Below are positions 50,801 to 58,683 of a stretch of DNA of 64,000 bases, piece by piece (the first letter of the stretch is position 1; each line of letters starts with the position of its first letter). Position numbers and translations under genes: made by a program. Location of the stretch: IMG/VR virus record IMGVR_UViG_3300009514_000515, positions 22,576 to 86,575 of that record; one strand, given 5' to 3'. The DNA comes from a virus. The notes under the pieces are model-generated. The model saw only the letters and a list, made by a program, of their open reading frames with translations, did no database searches and was not told the DNA's origin.

Positions 50801-52923
50801 TCAGGGGTCTTGACCCACTCCAAAGAACCTCCCGGTATCCGCACCAGAAGAGGGTGGATAAGGCTCCCCTCCAATTCAAACTCGTACCGGGTAGTTGCCC
50901 TGATGGTAGGTTTCTCGCCCCCATAGTAGAAGTTCTTTAGGGGCAACATACGACCCCCCACCACCACGGACACACCTTCGACCGGGGCCGTCGTATCAGG
51001 CGTTGTGAGACCCGGGTTCAGCTCATGAAGCTGTAGTAGACCCCGGTCAGTTGCACAGAAAGTATTGTATTTCGCGCACTTCCCAACTCCGGTATCTAGG
51101 GCGACAACGCCCTTATCTTCGTTGGCCTCCAGCCAAGCCAGGGCCTGCTTCTGCTTCGTGAGGAGTTTGAGCGTACGGGCCGGTTTACCCGGCTTCTTGA
51201 CCGCCTTGCGGAACCCGCCGAGCTGCTCGGCTTCGTAGAACTTGAGATTCTCCTTCTCCGTCGCCTGCTCCGCACGAGCCAGGTCGGCGAAGTAGGAGTC
51301 CAACATCTTCATCGAAGACCGAGACAAAGACATGCCTCCGATCTCCTGGCGAACCAGGGCGAAGTTCTCTGGACTGACGTAGTAGGAGGCCTTGTACTGA
51401 GTCTTGCCCCTGTAGCTCTTCGTTTTTGTCTTGCCGGCTAGGATGATTCCTGGAGGACCCACTCGCTTGGAGAGTTTCTCCATGATCTCCTTGACGACAG
51501 TGTCAACATGTTTGCCGCCGCCACGAGGACCAATCTTGCCCGGAAGGGACAGGAACATGTGTCCGGGATGTTCCTCTGAGGTGGTGGCGTACGGTTCGAG
51601 GTCTGATGGGTCGATGCGCTTCTTGACTCGGCTGCCTCGTCGAGTGCCGGGCTGATAGATGTACCCGGTACCTTCGATGAGGCGTCCTTGTTCGTTGACT
51701 AGGTCGTCAACAAAACACCCCTTATAGCGACCAGACACGACGACCTTGCGTTCCAGGTAAGTCTCTGGATCAGTCATCTCCTGGACCGCGTAGACCTTCG
51801 TGGTCGCCTGATGTTTCACAGCATCGTCGGTCAGAGCCACGTAGCTCTTGGGCGTGTCGAGGCTACCCAAAGTCGCGTCGTCGACCTTCCGAAGGGCCGC
51901 AATCTGCTCTTCGGGGAGAAGCTTCTTCTTGGCTTTGGACCTTCTCTCTCGGTCCTGGAGAACCCACTCCTTGTACTGGTCGACGCTCATCACGTCGCCG
52001 CCCAAGGTGTAAACCGTCGTGGAGTTCTGGCGCAACTCGGCCATCCGGGTGGTCCAAGTATCCCAGGCAGCCTTCTGGGCTGACCATCGGTCGGTAGGTT
52101 CCTCTCCCTTCTTGAGGCGGCGAGGTTTCGTAGGCTTCTGGGCCTCGTGCTGGCGAAGTTCGTCCATCCAGATGGGGTCGACACCGACCTTCACCCGGTG
52201 ACGCATGACGGTCAGAGTCTCGGAGACGAACCCCTCAGCTTCGATGTCACTCTCGATGCGGGACTCAATCTGACCTCGGGTCAGACGAGAGAGCATCACG
52301 GCCTCGTAGGCCTGCGGGTCCTCGTCCTTGAGACGCTCGGTGGTCTCTTCCTTCGGCCGCATCTTGCGGAACACCTGCCACCGCTGAGGACCAACTCGGC
52401 GGCCCTTCATGAACACGCCCTTGTCACGGCTGATGCGGACGATATCCTGGGAGTAGTTCTCGACAATACGACGCCAGGTCGGGTCTCCTATGAGACCGCC
52501 ACGCTCGATTCTTTTGAGCCACCCCCTCATCTTCGGCATGCGATCGATGAGATCGTTGATGATGGGTGGCGAAATCTTGCGGCCGTCGTATGGACTCTTG
52601 ATTCGAGTCAGGAGACGGACGGACTTGACATACTGGTCCGACAAGTCCTCGGGCGGCGACTCACCCAGACTGATGCGCTTCAGCGTGACATAGAGCAGGA
52701 AGAACGGCAGCGCCTTGGGAGAGAGATGTCGGCGGACCATGTTGCGCAGAGTCTGCGACAACATCTTGCCAGCTTGGGCCAGTTCCTTCTCCAGGTCCTC
52801 CTGGACCTTGGGGAGGACAGCCGGCGGAGCATCCGCTTGGCGCTGGTCGAAGTCGTCGTCCTCAAAGAGGTACTGGGCCGCGACGTTGGCAGCGATTTCG
52901 CGGAGGTCAGATTGAAGTCTCAT
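47884..52923 (-). CDS. SNF2-family helicase with intein
   Basis: LDTGVGK|TLT Walker A split by the intein, then YFDEAQ, LTASPMEN, TGQNLQ and QRTARSWRQGQ. Likely start MRLQSD at 52923. Confidence 0.9.
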   Translation of the reverse strand: MRLQSDLREIAANVAAQYLFEDDDFDQRQADAPPAVLPKVQEDLEKELAQAGKMLSQTLRNMVRRHLSPKALPFFLLYVTLKRISLGESPPEDLSDQYVKSVRLLTRIKSPYDGRKISPPIINDLIDRMPKMRGWLKRIERGGLIGDPTWRRIVENYSQDIVRISRDKGVFMKGRRVGPQRWQVFRKMRPKEETTERLKDEDPQAYEAVMLSRLTRGQIESRIESDIEAEGFVSETLTVMRHRVKVGVDPIWMDELRQHEAQKPTKPRRLKKGEEPTDRWSAQKAAWDTWTTRMAELRQNSTTVYTLGGDVMSVDQYKEWVLQDRERRSKAKKKLLPEEQIAALRKVDDATLGSLDTPKSYVALTDDAVKHQATTKVYAVQEMTDPETYLERKVVVSGRYKGCFVDDLVNEQGRLIEGTGYIYQPGTRRGSRVKKRIDPSDLEPYATTSEEHPGHMFLSLPGKIGPRGGGKHVDTVVKEIMEKLSKRVGPPGIILAGKTKTKSYRGKTQYKASYYVSPENFALVRQEIGGMSLSRSSMKMLDSYFADLARAEQATEKENLKFYEAEQLGGFRKAVKKPGKPARTLKLLTKQKQALAWLEANEDKGVVALDTGVGKCAKYNTFCATDRGLLQLHELNPGLTTPDTTAPVEGVSVVVGGRMLPLKNFYYGGEKPTIRATTRYEFELEGSLIHPLLVRIPGGSLEWVKTPDLVVGDYLCVDRSEGCFPTEEPELYWPHPDEVFRHNLGNVYEVPDRMNPELSRFLGYLIGEGWTNGSDKFSLSQDGDINPEVRADIESLLRSQFGWSSGAYQGEDIQVSSKYLCAFLGSDELKVMGRLSKDKVVPPAVLRSTRESMRQFLRGYIDAECSISPTQGIELSSASKELSRTIQIMLLRFGVVARRRPKKVKGYDHTYWVTHIFGESARLFMQNIGLVSQRKIEALVPVLERPGNTNHDIVPHVAHLVQQMHAAILSIWGGNVASFRDRFGSSVHNTMNHIRLGRRNASYRFLRELLDVFDSLTMVKSNAYREIQNIIDRNYFYDPIVDLQEGSAVVMDIEVDDPSHCFVGNGLMNHNTLTSIASMQKMLRDGWAEPGSGTNGRFLYVAPKNLVGNIKDQVYDFLTREAAADLIGRLDVLSYAQFRNARKRGKVTVKRKMGTKVETFTYDPWEPGKYIIIYFDEAQELSNYRNKTSQAALSLNHPRKICLTASPMENEPMDAYVLTSVCNNIDISQKGEEGRRLRRNMRLFKERFCEEVGGRIVGLKKTRPGATEEEELAKRDLHTWSKRNIFYADKEDVEEFALPELEQETRTVVMPKTVEKEYRKASKKIVGQLRALVEKYEKGGYVREVVTEGPATEQGARPTTVLRLSDPSTGDIKSIRKIPAAHDPKIEQWASKNMKPVIRLLWELALYPEAHVDLKKNPKIEESTRIVRDKLVDGGRSLLFTDDPKMVLKTAKGLSEKIPGKVHVAMLGSKGHFFRDGSEIKQYTVRGEVKGQSVDHAHKLPWTPRPYRLFLELDADPVENRHYNKADWASFVLNQIVQPDSDVATCTLHGKSYSTGQNLQAFGTVIHLDRDTWNNEEMKQRTARSWRQGQDMPVHEIILDMKYDQPKDDLDRTMDEIRALFQVLSGKLFDKIVKEAQTTELGKEWTEEMEKRMASFLKLDQDTFEMAMSPWLGGLPIMM
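49711..51078 (-). mobile_element. Intein (456 aa) with LAGLIDADG homing endonuclease
   Basis: Starts CAKYNTF and ends GNGLMNHN followed by Thr. Endonuclease blocks FLGYLIGEG and FLRGYIDAEC. Confidence 0.92.
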
Positions 52924-52939
52924 GGTGTCCACCCGTTCC

Positions 52940-55294
52940 TTACAGCCAGACGAGCTGGCCCTTCTCTGTGCCGGAGAAGTCGGTCGAGGCCACCTTGTTA
53001 CCTTCGGCCTCGTGGTTCTGTACCCAGGTACTCCAGGAGCCGACGAAGAAGGCCTTGCGGCCAGTGTCATAGATGAGAGTCGTCGCCTCGGGGTCGCCCA
53101 TCTCGGCATACACCGCCGCGACCTTGCCATAGAAGTTGTCCCAGGCCCGGTCGTCCTTGATGGTGCCGACCGCGTGGGCGTCGAGGGCCAGAGAAGCCAG
53201 GTTCAGCACACGGCTGACCTGGCTCCCGGTCCTGGCATTCGTGATGCCCTCGGCGAGAGCTGAGGCTGCCTTGTCGTTGAGGGAGAAGGACTCCTTGAGG
53301 GTCTCTGGGGAGAGGGTCGCCGTCTTGGGCTTCTCGGACCTCCAGGAGAGGCGCTGACGCTCGCCGGCCTTCTTGTCCTTCTTGTCGCCGGGGCCTTTGC
53401 CCTTGTCGACCACGTCCTCGTGCTTGTCCGTGTTCTTCTTCCACTCCGGCCCTGCCTGCTCAGCCATCTCCTCTTGAGAGACCTCTTCGCCTTCGGCCCA
53501 CCGGCCCAGGCGCTGAGCCATTTCGGTGAGGGAGAGCATGGACGAGGCCTTCTTGCTGGTCCGGACGTATTCGTCCTTGACCTTCTTGAGGACTCCCTCG
53601 TCGACGAGCTTCTTCCAGACCTTTTTGACCTCCTCGGGGGAGGTCTTGTGGAACTTGGCGACTTCGTCGGCGTCGGCAGAAATGGCCTCTTCGACCTTCA
53701 TGCGACGGAGGATGCCTTCCATCTTCTTCGCACCGCCGCCCGAGGCCCTCTTGGGCTTCCCTTTCGGCTTGCTCTTGCTGATGACGAAATCGACCTCGGG
53801 ATCGTCTTTCTTGAAACGGGCAAGCCACTGGTGCTCCGTTTCGTCGGTCACGTTTCGTTCGTGAGTCCAATAGCCTGTGATTTTGTTGTATCTCCAGAGA
53901 GCTTTGCTTCTTGCAGCCTTCTTCTCTTTCTTGTCGCCAGGGCCCTTGTCTTTATCGACGACGTCTTCGTACTTGTCGTTCTGCGTCTTCCACTCAGGTC
54001 CGTGTGTCTTGACCATCTCCTCCATGGAGACCTCTTCGCCCTCTTCGTATCGGGCCTGGACGGTCAGATTCCGTCCCGGAACGAGACCTCCTACCTGGGC
54101 GTCCTGAAGGAGCTTGTCCTTGTCAGGGGAGCCCATCAACTTCACCTTGTGGGGGCCACGAAGGACATTCAGGACCCACATCTCCTTCTGACCTCGAATC
54201 GGACTCCGTCCCCTTTCGATGAGGTGTTGTTCGTTCGGGTCGAGGGACGGTCCTTTGAGGCCCCAGAAACCCGCCAGACGTCGCTGGAGAGCCTCGGCGG
54301 AGAACATGCCCGGGCGGGTGTACTCGGTTCGGAGAGTGCTGGCCCGTCGAGCGTCGGCAAGGCCATCGGCGAACTGCTGTACGGTCAGCTCTTTCATGGG
54401 GTTGCTCCTTTGGGAAGCCAGTCGGATACCGAACGTGTCGGCGACCTTGTCGAAGACGGGGAGAGCATCCTCGTCGCTCATGCTGCGGGCCATTGCATCC
54501 AGCAGCTCGTCAACGTCAATGTGACGAAGGAAGTCGTGGAGAAGGTTGAGCGCAGGAGCACCCGCCACCTCGATGGGGTAGTGGTGCTTCGTTGCGATGG
54601 CCCCAAAGACCTTGCGGCAGAGATCGTCCCCCATGGCCTTGGCAAGCTCCTGAGCCAGCTTCTCAGCATAGATGTGTCGGCGCAGGATGCGCAGAGGAAG
54701 AAAGCGGTCGGCCATGTTGGCGGTCTTCTTGTCCATGGTTCTCTCGCTCGCCATCACCTGTTTTCCGTCAGATGTGATCTCACGTGTGATGCGCATCGCC
54801 GGCCTCCGCACCATGTACTTCGGCCACTTCTCCGACCACTTTCCGTAGAACTCTCGGAAGGGTACTTCCCGGACCACCTGGGTTGGGTCCGGACAATTTG
54901 GGTCTGCGACATGAACTTTCACGTCGTCCACGTCGAAAATTACAGAGGCGTGACTCCAGGGGCGGCCCTCGGGATTCCAACCAATCATGGCGGGATCACC
55001 CTGGTCGGTCCAGTTCTTGACTAGACCAAGTGTCGCCGGGATGACCAACTCGATACGGCAGCCGTAGTGCTGAGCACAGGCGGCCGCATCTTCCCAGGTC
55101 GCTCCCCTCAGAGGATGACAGCCCATCACCTGGGCCACTTCATCCTCGTCACATTTGACGCCGAGAGCCTGGAGGCACATCGCCATTGATGCAGCCATAC
55201 AAGAAAATTGGCTTCTCTGACGTACGGGGGTCACTTTGGCTCTGGCCGTCTTCTCTATCATCTCGCGGCAGTCCACCCAGGAGGCATCTCGCAT
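52940..55294 (-). CDS. Multi-module protein with N-terminal C39-like cysteine peptidase
   Basis: QRSQFSCMAAS (Q/C), WSHASV (H) and VADPN (D). Duplicated EGEEVSxEEM...GPEWK...EDVVDKxKGPGDKK module. Confidence 0.75.
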   Translation of the reverse strand: MRDASWVDCREMIEKTARAKVTPVRQRSQFSCMAASMAMCLQALGVKCDEDEVAQVMGCHPLRGATWEDAAACAQHYGCRIELVIPATLGLVKNWTDQGDPAMIGWNPEGRPWSHASVIFDVDDVKVHVADPNCPDPTQVVREVPFREFYGKWSEKWPKYMVRRPAMRITREITSDGKQVMASERTMDKKTANMADRFLPLRILRRHIYAEKLAQELAKAMGDDLCRKVFGAIATKHHYPIEVAGAPALNLLHDFLRHIDVDELLDAMARSMSDEDALPVFDKVADTFGIRLASQRSNPMKELTVQQFADGLADARRASTLRTEYTRPGMFSAEALQRRLAGFWGLKGPSLDPNEQHLIERGRSPIRGQKEMWVLNVLRGPHKVKLMGSPDKDKLLQDAQVGGLVPGRNLTVQARYEEGEEVSMEEMVKTHGPEWKTQNDKYEDVVDKDKGPGDKKEKKAARSKALWRYNKITGYWTHERNVTDETEHQWLARFKKDDPEVDFVISKSKPKGKPKRASGGGAKKMEGILRRMKVEEAISADADEVAKFHKTSPEEVKKVWKKLVDEGVLKKVKDEYVRTSKKASSMLSLTEMAQRLGRWAEGEEVSQEEMAEQAGPEWKKNTDKHEDVVDKGKGPGDKKDKKAGERQRLSWRSEKPKTATLSPETLKESFSLNDKAASALAEGITNARTGSQVSRVLNLASLALDAHAVGTIKDDRAWDNFYGKVAAVYAEMGDPEATTLIYDTGRKAFFVGSWSTWVQNHEAEGNKVASTDFSGTEKGQLVWL

Positions 55295-55306
55295 TCTCTC
55301 GCGTCC

Positions 55307-55325
55307 CTACTCACTGACGGTATAA
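55307..55325 (-). promoter_or_regulatory. Putative late promoter TTAT-N11-GTAG
   Basis: Intergenic, just upstream of the ATG at 55294. Confidence 0.4.
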
Positions 55326-55369
55326 CCTAACCAACGCCAACGGAGAGAGACCTCCAGGAGAGGGCAAGG

Positions 55370-55711
55370 ATGAAATACCAGGAGCTGGTACAAACCATCG
55401 CAGAACAGACCAGGTGGCCCCAGGAAGCCGTCAAGGACATCCTGGATGCCCTCCCCGAGGTTCTCGTGAGCATGCGCTTTGGGGAGAAGACCTGGACCCC
55501 CTTCGGCTACTTTACAATGCGTCACCAGAAACCCCGGTCCGTGACTGTCAAGAGGAACAGCAGGGAGAACAAGGAGGGTCGGTTCGAGGCGGCCGTGCCC
55601 GAGAAGGCGGTCGTCCGCCTCAAGTCCAACCATCGACTGACCGTCCTACCGGGTGACGTCCAATGGAGGTTCGTTACGTCCCCTCCCCCGAAGAAGGGTC
55701 CTCCTCCGTAG
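55370..55711 (+). CDS. hup: HU/IHF-family DNA-binding protein
   Basis: MKYQELVQTIAEQT...PFGYF...KPR...VPEKAVVRLK. Confidence 0.8.
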   Translation: MKYQELVQTIAEQTRWPQEAVKDILDALPEVLVSMRFGEKTWTPFGYFTMRHQKPRSVTVKRNSRENKEGRFEAAVPEKAVVRLKSNHRLTVLPGDVQWRFVTSPPPKKGPPP

Positions 55712-56132
55712 ACAGGTTCGCCCCCATCATCGCCAGGACCTCGGCAGCGACCCCAGAGGCGACCTTGGAGACGTTGCGCAACATGATGCTGGCGAACTGG
55801 TTGGCCACCTCTGTCTCGACCTCCAGCCGACTCTCGTCGCCCCCCTGGACGTACCTCGCCATGAACTCCCGGTCCTCGGTGAGTCTGGCCAGAATGGAAA
55901 GGAAGGCCTCTCGCCGACACGCTTCGAGGAACAGGGAGAAGGAGGTTTGTTCCTCCCCCATGGTCCTCAGACTTTCGGCGAGCCTCTGGTCCGTCTGCGA
56001 CTGATATGTGTGGTGGCTGAACAGAGCCCCAGAGCTGTCCTGGCAGACGTGCACCTCGACCACGTAGGAGGTGTAGTCGTCGCTCTTCCCCTTACGCCAC
56101 GGGAACTCTGGCGGGTTGCGATGCTCAGGCAT
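55674..56132 (-). CDS. Hypothetical protein
   Basis: Start MPEHRN at 56132 overlaps the upstream gene end. Confidence 0.6.
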   Translation of the reverse strand: MPEHRNPPEFPWRKGKSDDYTSYVVEVHVCQDSSGALFSHHTYQSQTDQRLAESLRTMGEEQTSFSLFLEACRREAFLSILARLTEDREFMARYVQGGDESRLEVETEVANQFASIMLRNVSKVASGVAAEVLAMMGANLSTEEDPSSGEGT

Positions 56133-56526
56133 GTTCGTTCTCCGGGAACTCTTCTGGGTTCGACGCCTCCGAATTGATGCGACGCCACCGACCAATGACG
56201 TTGACACGAACCACCTCAATCTCGGCAAGAGAGACAGGACGTCCCTTCCAGGACATGACCAACACAGTCCTCTGGTCGGAGAGGACCAGACGGCAGTCGC
56301 GGTCATCCCCCGAGAGAAACCGGACAAGGAGGACGTCGTCGAGGGCGTTCCGGTGATCTAGCTCATCAGTGAGCCACAGGTCCAAAACCACCAGGGCTTT
56401 CTTGAGGGCGATGGCGGCGTGGGTTGCCACCTCCAGGTCGAACTTCCCGGCTTCGCGAAGAGCCTTGATGCCGCTGATGGTTTCTCGGACGAGCTTGAGC
56501 GCTGTTTCTGCCTGGACTGCTCTCAT
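56125..56526 (-). CDS. Hypothetical protein
   Basis: ATGA overlap with the groEL stop. Confidence 0.6.
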   Translation of the reverse strand: MRAVQAETALKLVRETISGIKALREAGKFDLEVATHAAIALKKALVVLDLWLTDELDHRNALDDVLLVRFLSGDDRDCRLVLSDQRTVLVMSWKGRPVSLAEIEVVRVNVIGRWRRINSEASNPEEFPENEHA

Positions 56527-58133
56527 CGTTTCCTCGCTATGACTGCGTTGGTCATCACCAGGGTAGATACTGCTGACACAGCATACCGCACGGCACCGGA
56601 CACGACCTTCGAAGCGTCTGCGACCATCGGGTCATCGTACAGCAGACGTACCTCGTCCCTCAGGGCATCCCAACCAACCCAAAGGTCGTCCTCAGCCGTC
56701 TCCTGAAGCCTCTGGACGCGCCGGGAAATGTCGGCCACCTCCCGGCCCGCATTGTGACAGAGGACTCTCAGGGGCGTCCTGAGGGCCTCTGAGAGAGCTT
56801 GCCAACCTCGACTCTGGTCCGGGTGTTCGATGAGATTCTCATGGTGGAGAAAGTCGAGCCAGTCCGCCGCATTGGCCAAGGCTGTGCCCCCTCCGGGGAC
56901 GATGCCGAATTCCAAAGCGGCCCGAAGAGATCCCAGGGTGTCTTCGATGCGTGCTCTCCTCTCTTTCGTCTCAGCCTCGGTGACTCCTCCGACGCGAAGG
57001 ACACAGAAACCCCCGTCAAGGCGGGCCATCCTCTCGCGAAGACGATCTTTCTCCCAGGTGCTGTTCGTGTTTTCCTGTTGAGTCTTGAGGCTTGCAAGAC
57101 GTTCGCGGACCCGAAGGTCAGTGTCCTCGTCGTCGTAGCCACAGAGCAAGGACCGATTGCGTTCGATGGTCGCCGTCTGGACGGACCCGAACCACTCGGG
57201 GTCCCACTCCGTGATGTCCATGCCCGCCTTGAAGTCGAACACGGTGGCCCCAGACAGAGCCGCCAGGTCGTCCAGCCACCCTCGTTTGCGAAACCCCGTG
57301 CCTGGGGTCTTGACGACGTGCAGGTCGAAGTGTCTGTGCCGGGAGTTCACAGCGTAGGTAGCCAAGGCCTCAGCCTCGAACGCGTGGGTCACGATGAGCA
57401 GAGGGTGAGGCCACTGGGAGGCCTCCTCAGCCACAGACCGAAATTCGCGATAGGAGGACATACCACAGTCGAACAGGGCAACCAGAGGCTGTTCGAGGGT
57501 GCCCCTCCCACTCTCGGGAAGGAACAGACGATGGATGTACCCCTCGTCAATCTCCATCCCGTCCCGGATGACGAGGTCGCAGTCTACGCCACGGCCGTCC
57601 TCGATGCTGACGCTGCCGTCCTTGCCGACAGCCATGACGGCCCTCGTGAGGAGGTTAGATATCTCCTCGTCGTGGTTCGACGCAACCATCGCCACCGCAT
57701 GAATATCCTCCTCCGTGGTCACCGGGGCGGAGGTGTCCTCCAAGAACTGCAACACCTCGTCCAGGGCCTTGTTGATGCCACGAACCAAGTCAACGGAGGC
57801 GAAGCCTCCGACCAGGAGTCTCTCGCAGGTCTTCAGAAGAGAGCCCGCGATGATGGCAGTGGTTGTCGTACCATCCCCGACAGCCTCGCTCATAGCCAGG
57901 CTCGGTTGCTTGATGACCTCGGCCCCCAGAGTCTCCAGGGCGTCCTCAAACCTCAGCTCTCGGACGACGGTCGCCCCGTCTTTGGTCGCAATGGTGCCCG
58001 CAGCGCGCTCCAAGAGCACCGTACGGCCGCAAGGACCGTAGGTGACCCCGGCGGCCTTGGACACTTTCAGAGCACCTCTGACGAGACCTGCGCGCGCTTC
58101 CCTGCCGAGTGTGATTCGAGTGGGTTTTCTCAT
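56523..58133 (-). CDS. groEL: Chaperonin GroEL-like protein (divergent)
   Basis: TYGPCGR, TKDGATV, GDGTTT, VGKDG, LRERMARLDGG and GIVPGGG. Lacks the GGM tail. Confidence 0.92.
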   Translation of the reverse strand: MRKPTRITLGREARAGLVRGALKVSKAAGVTYGPCGRTVLLERAAGTIATKDGATVVRELRFEDALETLGAEVIKQPSLAMSEAVGDGTTTTAIIAGSLLKTCERLLVGGFASVDLVRGINKALDEVLQFLEDTSAPVTTEEDIHAVAMVASNHDEEISNLLTRAVMAVGKDGSVSIEDGRGVDCDLVIRDGMEIDEGYIHRLFLPESGRGTLEQPLVALFDCGMSSYREFRSVAEEASQWPHPLLIVTHAFEAEALATYAVNSRHRHFDLHVVKTPGTGFRKRGWLDDLAALSGATVFDFKAGMDITEWDPEWFGSVQTATIERNRSLLCGYDDEDTDLRVRERLASLKTQQENTNSTWEKDRLRERMARLDGGFCVLRVGGVTEAETKERRARIEDTLGSLRAALEFGIVPGGGTALANAADWLDFLHHENLIEHPDQSRGWQALSEALRTPLRVLCHNAGREVADISRRVQRLQETAEDDLWVGWDALRDEVRLLYDDPMVADASKVVSGAVRYAVSAVSTLVMTNAVIARKR

Positions 58134-58162
58134 GGGGTCACCTTACCGGGTAGAGTACAACC

Positions 58163-58249
58163 ATGACCGCCTGGAAAGAACTCGCGACAGCACTTCCCTG
58201 GGGGAAACGGGTAGGACCCAGTGTCTACGTTCATCGAGAGGGTCTAGGT
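58163..58249 (+). pseudogene. N-terminal piece of a phosphorothioation-associated-type methyltransferase
   Basis: MTAWKELATALPWGKRVGPSVYVHREGL resembles the GKxLPxxxYxH segment of that family (recalled from memory). The frame then runs into antisense sequence. Confidence 0.45.
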
Positions 58250-58681
58250 GACGAAGTCCTCTGCGAACCCCTTCTGGAAAGTGCCGGACCGAGTCCGGAA
58301 CCCGTCTCCGGTGGTCTCCCAGTTGTTCCGAGCAAGTTCCTTCTGGCTACGGACGGCAACGAGAATAGCAGCCCCCGATAGGAGGTGCTGTTGCAGAGAG
58401 AGCAGACACCTCACCCTGTCGTCCGCGTCCTCGATGACATTCAGGACGTAGATGAGCAAGGCGGACTCAAAGGTCGCTAGAGCTGGCTTCTCGGGTCGGT
58501 AGAACGGGTCGTACCCGACCGCCCGAAATCCGAGAGACCGCAGCCACTCTGTGTCGGCCCCTCGGCCGCACCCCCAATCGAGGATAGAACTCCCCGACTG
58601 GAGGAACCCACCCAGAACAGCGTCCTGGGTGGGTCGGGAGGGAGTCTTGCGAACGATGGCCGTTCGGTGGGAGGGGTCCAC
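58244..58681 (-). CDS. SAM-dependent methyltransferase domain (phosphorothioation-associated family-like), probably truncated
   Basis: HRTAIVRKTPSRP, LDWGCGRGAD, GYDPFY, YVLNVIED and TFQK. Confidence 0.7.
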   Translation of the reverse strand: MDPSHRTAIVRKTPSRPTQDAVLGGFLQSGSSILDWGCGRGADTEWLRSLGFRAVGYDPFYRPEKPALATFESALLIYVLNVIEDADDRVRCLLSLQQHLLSGAAILVAVRSQKELARNNWETTGDGFRTRSGTFQKGFAEDFVT

Positions 58682-58683
58682 CC

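Noticed and set aside
53420-58166. Long + strand ORFs (53420..55024 and 56799..58166; likewise 43675..45030, 47833..49023, 12178..13266)
   Set aside because: They are in-register antisense frames of well-supported - strand genes in high-GC DNA and have no motifs.
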